A stretch of 40,116 nucleotides of DNA from a virus. The DNA lies in the IMG/VR virus record IMGVR_UViG_3300045988_114451, positions 1-40,116 of that record; one strand, given 5' to 3'. Shown here in pieces: positions 1-6,548 of this stretch. Under the pieces are notes generated by a model. The model was not told the DNA's origin, did no database searches, and saw only the letters and a program-made list of their open reading frames with translations. Position 1 is the first letter of the stretch; each line of letters begins with the position of its first letter. The position numbers and the translations under genes were made by a program.

Positions 1-147
1 TAGCCCGAATTGGATGCTGCACCCTTATAGCCCGAATTGGATGCTGCACCCTTATTGCCCGAATTGGATGCTGCACCCTTATTGCCCGAATTGGATGCTG
101 CACCCTTATTGCCCGAATTGGATGCTGCACCCTTATTGCCCGAATTT
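1..147 (-). repeat. 27-nt coding tandem repeat (about 5 units), same family as 39398..40116.
   Basis: The unit cccgaattggatgctgcacc plus a 7-nt variable segment repeats with period 27. In the coding frame this reads G-A-A-S-N-S-G-x-x. Confidence 0.95.
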
Positions 148-470
148 TTCAATTCCTTTTCAATCTTAGAAAAACGGAACTCAACGCAAGCCTTTATAAT
201 CTTATCAATGCCCAACCTCGCTCCGATGGCTATTTTCTTTGCCGCGACTTTCGTGTCGTTTCTCCTTTCATTGCTCACTCCGTCAAGTTCGACTTCGTGA
301 AATTCGGAATTTGCCGGGTCATAATACTCGAATATATCGAGAGGGTCTTCGCAGGCGTGGAAACCACTTTCACAAAGTTTCACCTCTCCATCGTGTTCGT
401 ATGTCTTGCCCTCCTCAAACTGGAAGCCCCGGCAAGTCATGTCTTTATTAAATCCCTTATATGCTTTCAT
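1..470 (-). CDS. N-terminal part of a large repeat protein. A globular N-domain (resembles the family I recall as DUF7666; name from memory) is followed by 9-aa tandem repeats. The ORF runs off the left edge and continues at 40116..39181.
   Basis: ATG at comp(468..470). Manual translation gives MKAYKGFNKDMTCRGFQFEEGKTYEHDGEVKLCESGFHACEDPLDIFEYYDPANSEFHEVELDGVSNERRNDTKVAAKKIAIGARLGIDKIIKACVEFRFSKIEKELKNSGNKGAASNSGNKGAASNSG with no stop down to position 1. It is absent from the ORF track because it is open at the edge. Confidence 0.8.
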   Translation of the reverse strand, partial: MKAYKGFNKDMTCRGFQFEEGKTYEHDGEVKLCESGFHACEDPLDIFEYYDPANSEFHEVELDGVSNERRNDTKVAAKKIAIGARLGIDKIIKACVEFRFSKIEKELKNSGNKGAASNSGNKGAASNSGNKGAASNSGNKGAASNSGYKGAASNSG

Positions 471-481
471 ATCTGTTTATT

Positions 482-922
482 TTATCGTCCTGTACTACCA
501 TAGCCGCCTTTTCCCCTATCGGTCTCCGAGAATTCTTCTGCCTCCTCAAATTCAATCTCAGGATAGGGCAAGATTATCATTTGGCAAATGCGGTCTCCTG
601 AATGATAACCGCCATCATTTTGCAGAAACTCCCTTGCATCGGTAATGATGAACTTTGCCGTTACCTCTCCGCGATAGTTGCTGTCTATCACTCCCACGGA
701 GTTGTGCAGTATAAGCGGTTTGTTGGCAATCGAACTTCTCGGGAATATAAGTCCCGCGTGCCCCTCAGGTATCTCGAAGGCAATACCTGTATGACATAGG
801 AGTTCCTGCTTTGCCCAGTCTATCGAAGTCTCTGTGCAATACAGGTCAAAACCCGCGTCCGTGGCGTGCGCCCTCTTCGGCACAACCGCATTTTCGCTTA
901 ATCTTTTAATTCTTACTTTCAT
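482..922 (-). CDS. dut: dUTP diphosphatase (trimeric dUTPase).
   Basis: Motifs AGFDL, GVIDSNYRGEV and C-terminal RGKGGYGSTGR. The MKVRIKRL start at 922 abuts the stop of the upstream gene at 927. The ORF track's earlier start at 973 overlaps that gene. Confidence 0.9.
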   Translation of the reverse strand: MKVRIKRLSENAVVPKRAHATDAGFDLYCTETSIDWAKQELLCHTGIAFEIPEGHAGLIFPRSSIANKPLILHNSVGVIDSNYRGEVTAKFIITDAREFLQNDGGYHSGDRICQMIILPYPEIEFEEAEEFSETDRGKGGYGSTGR

Positions 923-926
923 AATT

Positions 927-1310
927 CTATCGTTTCTTTGTGTTTTCAAAATAAAACTTTCCGTCCCATTCATGTTCTTCCAAAATGCCGTATTTTATTG
1001 CCAATTTGGTAGCGAATGTGTGTTTGTAATCAAGTTCTTTAAGGAGTTTTTTACGGAAGCCATCAACCGTTAACATCCCTTTGTAGAAATTGCAAGCACG
1101 GCAAGATGGGTTGTAATTGTCTATAACATCCTTCCCAATGCCGCCTAAATGTTTCTCCATTCGCACCTCGTTGTTTCGGCATTTTGGAACGATGTGGTCA
1201 ACCTGCATATCTTTATAATCTATCTCACAACCGCAATATGCACAATGTCCATTATACTTGTTATAGACTTGTTGCCGTGTTTCCTTTGTCATATTATTTC
1301 TCCAGTTCAA
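927..1310 (-). CDS. HNH endonuclease.
   Basis: HCAYCG...VDHIVPK...NYNPSCRACNFYKG fits the HNH/Cys-box pattern. Confidence 0.8.
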   Translation of the reverse strand: MNWRNNMTKETRQQVYNKYNGHCAYCGCEIDYKDMQVDHIVPKCRNNEVRMEKHLGGIGKDVIDNYNPSCRACNFYKGMLTVDGFRKKLLKELDYKHTFATKLAIKYGILEEHEWDGKFYFENTKKR

Positions 1311-1383
1311 ATTTAATGTATTATTTCAGTGTGAATTTGTCCACATATTCGTCCGGAGCGACATTGACAGGCAACCACCGGAG

Positions 1384-1719
1384 CTACATAAACACCTTAT
1401 CCGCCTTCTCGGGCGTGTCGCATCTGTCCGCGTATGTAATCAGGAAGCGGAGGAACTCATTTGCATCTGCCCTGCCCTTGTCGTAGTCCCCCTTGTTTGG
1501 CAGACATTCTATCTTGCACTTGTCCAGATAGAGGTCATAACGCTTGTGGAATTCCCTCGCGGACTGCATCATCAGATTGTGGGCTTGCTTTACCTCGTGC
1601 TTGAGTTCCCCGCCCTCAATGTAATGTATCCGGTACTCTATCTCACGGAGCAGCATATCGCACGCATCCGTGAGCGCGAAATAGATGTTAATTAGAAGAT
1701 TTGTCAGATTGTGTTTCAT
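1384..1719 (-). CDS. Hypothetical protein.
   Basis: A 111-aa ORF in the same orientation as its neighbours, preceded by a promoter-like element. No motif recognised. Confidence 0.6.
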   Translation of the reverse strand: MKHNLTNLLINIYFALTDACDMLLREIEYRIHYIEGGELKHEVKQAHNLMMQSAREFHKRYDLYLDKCKIECLPNKGDYDKGRADANEFLRFLITYADRCDTPEKADKVFM

Positions 1720-1743
1720 AATTAGATTGTTGTTTTGTGCCTA

Positions 1744-1774
1744 CAAAATTAAAAACAATTTTAATAAAAACAAA
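1744..1774 (-). promoter_or_regulatory. Bacteroidota-type promoter (-33 TTTG / -7 TAnnTTTG).
   Basis: The minus strand reads TTTG (comp 1771..1774), 19 nt, then TAATTTTG (comp 1744..1751), about 25 nt upstream of the ATG at 1719. Confidence 0.55.
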
Positions 1775-1783
1775 AGATTTTTA

Positions 1784-2519
1784 TTAAAAAAGTGAACATT
1801 GTGTGAATTGTTGTGGCTTGCCGAGCAGAAAATCGCAGATGAAATTCCGCGCATAATCGGGTGAAATCATTGAACGTTCCTCGGAGCATAATCCCGCGTG
1901 CGGTGCTTTCTTTGCGCTATATACCGATTTTATCTCCTTATCCCGCTGTTCCGTCTCAATCCCCATAACAGGCTCGCAGTTCACAAACCAATAGGCAGTG
2001 GGTTTCTTGTAGTAATCCCCGCGCATTGAGCGGTCTTTATCTATCAACGATGGTGACGAAGGGAAATTGCTATACAGATATTGAGGCTGCGACCAAGGAT
2101 TTTCAATGATTAGCCTAATGCCTTTTGTTAAGCAGATGCCATACATCTTTATCAAAAGCGAATAGAAAAATTGTCTATTCTCCGACCGCTCCAAGATAGC
2201 CGCAATTTTCTGCCTGTCGTCTAATTTCCGATAGTTAAAATGGGACAGAGAAAAAAGCATCATAGAATTTTGGCAAAAATAGATGCAAGGGAAAAACGCC
2301 ATTACAAGGTCTCCTTCTTGCCCCCCCCACTATGGTATCAAAGACAGACGGACGCCAATTATAGCCTTCCTCTATCTCGTGAAACAAATCCATCTTGTGG
2401 TCTGTCTCCCCGAAGTTATCCTGTATGTCATAATCCTCCGCAGGTATGCCCAACTTGATAAATTCGTTCTTGAATGTCCCTGACTGCTCGAAGAAGCAGT
2501 GTACTTTGCTTATTTTCAT
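1784..2519 (-). pseudogene. C5-cytosine-methyltransferase-like gene split into two ORFs (2519..2235 and 2302..1784) by a frameshift at a G8 tract.
   Basis: The N-terminal ORF has FFEQSGTFKNEF (motif-I-like). The C-terminal ORF has FFPCIYFCQ (PC motif-like) and LIIENP (ENV-like). Removing one G from the run at comp(2321..2328) fuses the frames as ...FDTIVGGQEGDLVMAFFPCIYFC... Confidence 0.5.
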
Positions 2520-2722
2520 AATATCGGTGTTATTTCAGTCGCTTCCATTTCCTCGACGGCAATCTGCCGTGCCCTGGCGATGTTCTGCGAGCCTTTGTCA
2601 AAAACGATTGTAACGGTCAAAAAATTCTCATTTGCATCATATAGTAGTCCCCTCGTGTTATGTTGTAGTGCAAGCCAGTTGAACTGATGCAGCATACTGA
2701 GGCTCCCGAAACGGAAGCACAC
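2516..2722 (-). CDS. Hypothetical protein. The start may instead be the internal Met at 2695.
   Basis: The stop overlaps the next gene's ATG (2516..2519), which is typical operon packing. Confidence 0.5.
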   Translation of the reverse strand: MCFRFGSLSMLHQFNWLALQHNTRGLLYDANENFLTVTIVFDKGSQNIARARQIAVEEMEATEITPIL

Positions 2723-2796
2723 CGTCTCGAAGTAGGGGAGGGGCTTACCCAGTATGCCCTCATACTATTCTCGTATGTTATTTTCCTTTGCCATAA

Positions 2797-3606
2797 TTAT
2801 TGAAATAAATTTGGTTGAATAACCGCCAATACCTTCTCTTTAGCCAGCTTATAAAAGTCCTTCTTAATCTCAAAGCCATACGCCTTGCGCCCACAATTCG
2901 CAGCCGCCAACAATGTCGTTCCGCTGCCCGCGCAAGGGTCTATCACGACATCGCCCTTGTCCGAAAACAACTCTATCAACCGCTCCAATAATTTCACAGG
3001 CTTCTGAGTGGGATGACATTTCGGCGTATCATTATCCACAACCCAATCCATACAGTTAAATACCATTCGTCCCTCGTTGTTGAATTTAGGGAGCATGTCC
3101 CGGTAGAGTATCAATCCATATTCGCAATTCCCCACGACCTTCATATTAGCCTTCAATACCTGCGCAGAGAAGTTCTTGCGGAAAACTAAAGGGATATATC
3201 TCTCAAGTCCATATCTGCGTCCCAAATCAATGTAATAGTGCATCTGCTCGAAAGGACAGAAGAGTATCATACAGGCTGCCCCCCCCTTGCGTTTGGAGCC
3301 TGCCATAGGCACATCGCCCTCTTCCCCCGTTTCGTCCTTTTTCAACGGCTTATCCTTACGAAGCATCTGTGAACAGAAGTGCATAAACTCCGCAGGACGG
3401 AAATCCTTGTCCGTGTCAAAGAATTGCTTTCCCGCCTTGTCGCTCTCACCTTTCTTGTTGTCGCCGTCTATGTACCACGCAGGATTGCTTGCATAAGCGT
3501 TTTCTCCGAGGTTATAGGGCACATCTGCTATGATAAGCTGTGCTTTCGGTATTCCGTAACTCTTGAAGTTCTGGAAATGGTCATTAAACAACTCTATATT
3601 TTTCAT
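2797..3606 (-). CDS. DNA N6-adenine or N4-cytosine methyltransferase, beta class (motif IV precedes motif I).
   Basis: IIADVPYNLG is a DPPY-type motif IV near the N-terminus. VIDPCAGSGTTLLAA is the FxGxG SAM motif near the C-terminus. The gene contains an in-frame G8 tract at comp(3279..3286). Confidence 0.85.
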   Translation of the reverse strand: MKNIELFNDHFQNFKSYGIPKAQLIIADVPYNLGENAYASNPAWYIDGDNKKGESDKAGKQFFDTDKDFRPAEFMHFCSQMLRKDKPLKKDETGEEGDVPMAGSKRKGGAACMILFCPFEQMHYYIDLGRRYGLERYIPLVFRKNFSAQVLKANMKVVGNCEYGLILYRDMLPKFNNEGRMVFNCMDWVVDNDTPKCHPTQKPVKLLERLIELFSDKGDVVIDPCAGSGTTLLAAANCGRKAYGFEIKKDFYKLAKEKVLAVIQPNLFQ

Positions 3607-3613
3607 ATCTCTA

Positions 3614-3829
3614 CTATTCTATATCAATGTAATACTCCGCAAATCGTTTTCCGTTGTGCTCGACAAGACGCATCTTCACCGGGTATCCCTCGTTCCGGAG
3701 TTCCCATATCCGTGCGCCAAGACGGAAACATCCGAATTGATTGAGCGCGTCAATGGGTGTCAGGCTGTACCCATTCAGCAGATGACGCAAGATGCGTTTC
3801 TTCTGCGAGTCTGTTGTGTTCTTTTCCAT
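3614..3829 (-). CDS. Small winged-helix/HTH DNA-binding protein.
   Basis: LTPIDALNQFGCFRLGARIWELRNEGYPV matches the short HTH family I recall as HTH_39 (from memory). Confidence 0.5.
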   Translation of the reverse strand: MEKNTTDSQKKRILRHLLNGYSLTPIDALNQFGCFRLGARIWELRNEGYPVKMRLVEHNGKRFAEYYIDIE

Positions 3830-3854
3830 AATTCAAAAGTTAAATGAAATTTCG

Positions 3855-3980
3855 TGGGGATGGAGGGAGTCGAACCCTCCGCTCAGATACGGACATCGTT
3901 CCGTGTTCCTACATATCCGGAGCCGCTTGCCTACCGTTAAGGAACTTTGCCCATATTGTTGCCCCGCAACCTGCATCCCC
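3855..3980 (-). ncRNA. tRNA-like RNA module with a perfect 7-bp acceptor-type stem and a canonical T-arm. At about 126 nt it is too long for a standard cloverleaf.
   Basis: The minus strand reads 5' GGGGATG...GAGGG-TTCGACT-CCCTC-CATCCCC-A 3'. CGGAT/ATCTG could form an anticodon-type stem placed 4 nt before the T-stem, but it encloses 26 nt. The 5' half carries about 35 extra nt. Confidence 0.4.
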
Positions 3981-4075
3981 GATTGCCGTCTGTTCCGGCT
4001 GTCACCCCGTCTGTCCGGAGCGTCCTGCTTATATGTATTTGGTATCTCTAACCGCGCGTCCCCGCGGGATTATTG

Positions 4076-4139
4076 TGCGTACGGAGGGACTTGAACCCTC
4101 GCCTCTCAATCGCGTGCCAGCCAACCGCACCGCGTCCGC
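4076..4139 (-). ncRNA. tRNA-like module with acceptor-like stem, good D-arm and T-arm, but only 13 nt where the anticodon arm should be.
   Basis: The minus strand reads GCGGACG-CG-GTGC-GGTTGGCTG-GCAC-GCGATTGAGAGGC-GAGGG-TTCAAGT-CCCTC-CGTACGC-A. The acceptor stem has one G.A mismatch. Confidence 0.35.
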
Positions 4140-4206
4140 ATCCCCCGTCTCTCCGAGGTGTCCAGTTAAACAATTAAAAACTATAACTACGCGCATCACT
4201 GCGGGC

Positions 4207-4422
4207 TTATATCCCATCGAAATTGAAGTATTCTTCGGTCACTTGTCCGGCTCCATCGCAATCGGGACAGGTCTCCTCGTGCAGGGCATAATCCCCAAGC
4301 CGTCCATTAAAGGCGATGTCATAAGCCTCGTTAACGGTCAACTCAATATCATTGCCTTCCTCATCTTCCCCGACCCAAAGGACGCCTTCGCCCTCACATC
4401 GCGGGCATTTACTCCTTTTCAT
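4207..4422 (-). CDS. Small zinc-finger protein with two DnaJ-type CxxCxGxG motifs.
   Basis: CPRCEGEG and CPDCDGAG. Confidence 0.65.
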   Translation of the reverse strand: MKRSKCPRCEGEGVLWVGEDEEGNDIELTVNEAYDIAFNGRLGDYALHEETCPDCDGAGQVTEEYFNFDGI

Positions 4423-4634
4423 TGTTCGTCCCTCCCATATACTTTATGATACAAAGCCTGCGCAGCCACGCCCACAAGTGCAAGCACCGCGAGGGAGCCG
4501 CATTTCAGGAGCGCGAACTCGCCCCAAGTCAATGGGCAGTCCGGCACCTCGTCCCCTATCAGGAAAAAGAACGAGATAAGCCCCAACACGGCTAACATAG
4601 CCATACAGACCTTGTAAATGATATTCGTTTTCAT
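4419..4634 (-). CDS. Small membrane protein (two predicted TM helices).
   Basis: Hydrophobic stretches VCMAMLAVLGLISFFFLI and GSLAVLALVGVAAQAL. There is a 4-nt overlap with the downstream gene. Confidence 0.6.
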   Translation of the reverse strand: MKTNIIYKVCMAMLAVLGLISFFFLIGDEVPDCPLTWGEFALLKCGSLAVLALVGVAAQALYHKVYGRDEQ

Positions 4635-4644
4635 AATTCAAATT

Positions 4645-4708
4645 TTAATAAAAATAAGCCGCGAGGTTTCGTTGTCAGTGACGGCTGCACAACTACTCCC
4701 TCGCGGCT
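4645..4708 (-). terminator. GC-rich 10-bp stem with a large loop followed by a U-run. It is terminator-like and forms part of a pseudoknot-capable element.
   Basis: agccgcgagg (4657..4666) pairs with cctcgcggct (4699..4708). On the minus strand the stem is followed by TTATTTTTATT. Confidence 0.4.
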
Positions 4709-4758
4709 CTCTTTCTCTCTTTCAATATCGTGCAGGCTGCCGTCACAACCTTAATTCG

Positions 4759-4830
4759 TAGCGGGGACAGGACTTGAACCTGCGTTCCCTTGTGTATGAA
4801 ACAAGTGAGATGCCACTTCTCCACCCCGCA
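4759..4830 (-). tRNA. tRNA with anticodon CAU (Met, or Ile2 if lysidine-modified). CCA is not encoded.
   Basis: Manual cloverleaf: TGCGGGG-TG-GAGA-AGTGGCA-TCTC-A-CTTGT-TTCATAC-ACAAG-GGAAC-GCAGG-TTCAAGT-CCTGT-CCCCGCT-A. All stems pair except position 1:72, which is U.U. Confidence 0.85.
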
Positions 4831-4877
4831 TTGTGTCGGACATCCTTGTCGTAACAACTTCCGTCCGATTACGAGTA

Positions 4878-4925
4878 CAAAGGTACAAACTTTTTTAATA
4901 TCTGCAAATTATTTTTCACTTTTTT
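4878..4925 (-). promoter_or_regulatory. Early promoter copy a (-33 TTTG, 19 nt, -7 TACCTTTG) with a conserved upstream GTGAAAAATAATTTGC block.
   Basis: The minus strand reads AAAAAAGTGAAAAATAATTTGCAGATATTAAAAAAGTTTGTACCTTTG. It lies about 45 nt upstream of tRNA-Met. Confidence 0.65.
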
Positions 4926-5223
4926 CGCCTTTTTTGAAAAAAAGCGGCTTCATATACCCCAAGATAGCCATATTCTTCTTGTCTTCAAGGGTCATCTTGT
5001 CCGCCTCTTCCTTGTAGAGCTGCCGCTTGATGAAGTGCGTCGTGTTGAACCTGAGCTTGTTCAGTTCTATTGCCTGTATATTCTGCCACACGCCGCCCTT
5101 TTTCCCCTCGCACAGGGAATTACTCTCTATGGGGATAAATACGCCCCTGACGCCCTCTTTATCCATCACCTCCGCGCCCTTGTATTGCAGCAGGTCTATG
5201 CTTATCGAAAAATCACTTCTCAT
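4909..5223 (-). CDS. Hypothetical protein, paralogue of 38093..38476 but lacking the acidic SSB-type tail.
   Basis: Aligned blocks are SISIDL / FIPIE / IQAIEL / THFIKRQL / ILGYMKP here versus SLKIDL / IIPVE / LAAIEL / THLVKRSL / ILGDLKP in the paralogue. Confidence 0.75.
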   Translation of the reverse strand: MRSDFSISIDLLQYKGAEVMDKEGVRGVFIPIESNSLCEGKKGGVWQNIQAIELNKLRFNTTHFIKRQLYKEEADKMTLEDKKNMAILGYMKPLFFKKGEKSEK

Positions 5224-5240
5224 AATTGTTCCCTTTGTAG

Positions 5241-5248
5241 CAAAGGTA
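5241..5248 (-). promoter_or_regulatory. -7 box TACCTTTG about 18 nt upstream of the ATG at 5223.
   Basis: caaaggta on the plus strand. No clean -33 TTTG was seen. Confidence 0.4.
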
Positions 5249-5259
5249 CGAAAAATCGG

Positions 5260-6186
5260 TCAGAAAAGGGTGGGTTTCCAAATGTCATTCATCCATTTGC
5301 GGTGCACGAACAAACCCTCCGTAACATTCCCGTCCGCTCCGAACTGGTTTGCGAGCACATTCACGTCCCTTGCCCAGATGCGCACGAAATCATCGGGCAT
5401 CGAGTACTCGGATATGTATATCGGGAAGTCGGCATTCCGTGCCCACTCATGGAAGGCGTCGTGGTCAAATGTGCCCGTGCAGTAACCGTTTGCGGACTTG
5501 TATGGAGGGTCACAATATACTGTCGCGTCTTTGGTAATGGGTATCTCGCGGTAATCAGCCGCATACCTCTCCAAACTCTCCAACCTCTGCAAACTCTCCA
5601 AACCCTCCTTGCGTCCGCCCTTGAAGTGGCAAGATTTATACAGCGGATTGTTCATAATCATCTCCCTCGTTCCGTGCGCCTTCAGCCAAGACGTAATCGC
5701 ACGCCCTATCGCAACCCTCCGCTCGCTCCGGTCGTCAATGTCGCTCAAAACCCACCGACAGGCACCGCACACCTCCGGACAGAGTTCCCCAAGCGGCTCG
5801 AAATCATCGAACACGACGGCGTAATGCAGGGCACGCTTGTACGGCTCCATCTCACGCCCATAAAGATATGTCTTCGTGTCGTTCCCGAAACTCCAGCAGC
5901 AGCGCACATAAGCGTCAGTGTCCTTCAGCGCAACGAAGTCATCGCGGCTTATCCAGCGATTTTCGTTCCGATACTTCCCGCTAATTGCGTTGACGAACAG
6001 TTCGGGCATATCACCCTGAATGTCGTTAATGACATACCTGTCCCACCGCCCCGCGACCATTGCCGCGTGCGTCACGGCACAGCCGCCCGCGAAAAGGTCA
6101 TACAACGCGGCTCCCGAGGGAAGATGCTCCACTATGTCCGCGGCTATCCGTGACTTGCTGCCCCTGTATGGTAATCCGTACTTCAT
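5260..6186 (-). CDS. dam: DNA adenine methyltransferase, Dam-like (alpha class).
   Basis: YRGSKSRIA near the N-terminus, LYDLFAGGCAV (FxGxG), then VYCDPPYKS (DPPY). Confidence 0.85.
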   Translation of the reverse strand: MKYGLPYRGSKSRIAADIVEHLPSGAALYDLFAGGCAVTHAAMVAGRWDRYVINDIQGDMPELFVNAISGKYRNENRWISRDDFVALKDTDAYVRCCWSFGNDTKTYLYGREMEPYKRALHYAVVFDDFEPLGELCPEVCGACRWVLSDIDDRSERRVAIGRAITSWLKAHGTREMIMNNPLYKSCHFKGGRKEGLESLQRLESLERYAADYREIPITKDATVYCDPPYKSANGYCTGTFDHDAFHEWARNADFPIYISEYSMPDDFVRIWARDVNVLANQFGADGNVTEGLFVHRKWMNDIWKPTLF

Positions 6187-6467
6187 TGCCTTTCCATATA
6201 CTTGCGGAACACATCAACATTTATACGCGGGAAGGTGCTGAATTTAAGGTATTCGCAAGCCTTATCAATCAGCATATCCCACTGTATCTTCAGCTTGTGT
6301 TCCCATTCCTCGTTCAGTGCCTTCATTTTACCCGCGTCTATGTCCATCTGCTCCAACGCGCCTGCCCTATATGCGTTCCGGCACATCGTTTTCACCACAT
6401 CACCCAACTCCATCTCGCGCCCCACATAATCCTCTATCCTTTTATCCATACTGTCCATAATATCCAA
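6183..6467 (-). CDS. Hypothetical protein.
   Basis: A 94-aa ORF with a 4-nt overlap with dam. Confidence 0.6.
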   Translation of the reverse strand: MDIMDSMDKRIEDYVGREMELGDVVKTMCRNAYRAGALEQMDIDAGKMKALNEEWEHKLKIQWDMLIDKACEYLKFSTFPRINVDVFRKYMERQ

Positions 6468-6548
6468 TTGTTATTAAGTAACACTTTAGATTATAGCATA
6501 TAATGCGCTAATATACAACAATTTACACAATAAGCAAAATTTTCATGC

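Noticed and set aside
3855-4139. The tRNA-like fragments as an attP core (a copy of a host tRNA 3' end), implying a temperate, integrating phage.
   Set aside because: I recognised no integrase, excisionase or CI-type repressor anywhere in the window. One module also includes a D-arm, which attP copies of tRNA 3' ends normally lack.
3855-4145. A tmRNA spanning the two GGGGATG sequences and the 3' T-arm/acceptor.
   Set aside because: The acceptor has G3-C70 rather than the G3.U70 alanine identity pair. I found no tag reading frame or resume codon context, and an internal second T-arm is not tmRNA-like.
3844-4449. The 201-aa plus-strand ORF, and other ORFs listed across the tRNA-like island.
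   Set aside because: They are low-complexity P/R/S/C-rich translations of GC-rich structured RNA sequence, they overlap two well-supported minus-strand genes, and they have no start context.
5567-5608. The short tandem repeat ctccaaactctccaacctctgcaaactctccaaaccctcc inside dam.
   Set aside because: It is in frame and simply encodes LESLQRLESLER in a linker of the methyltransferase. There is no evidence of independent function.
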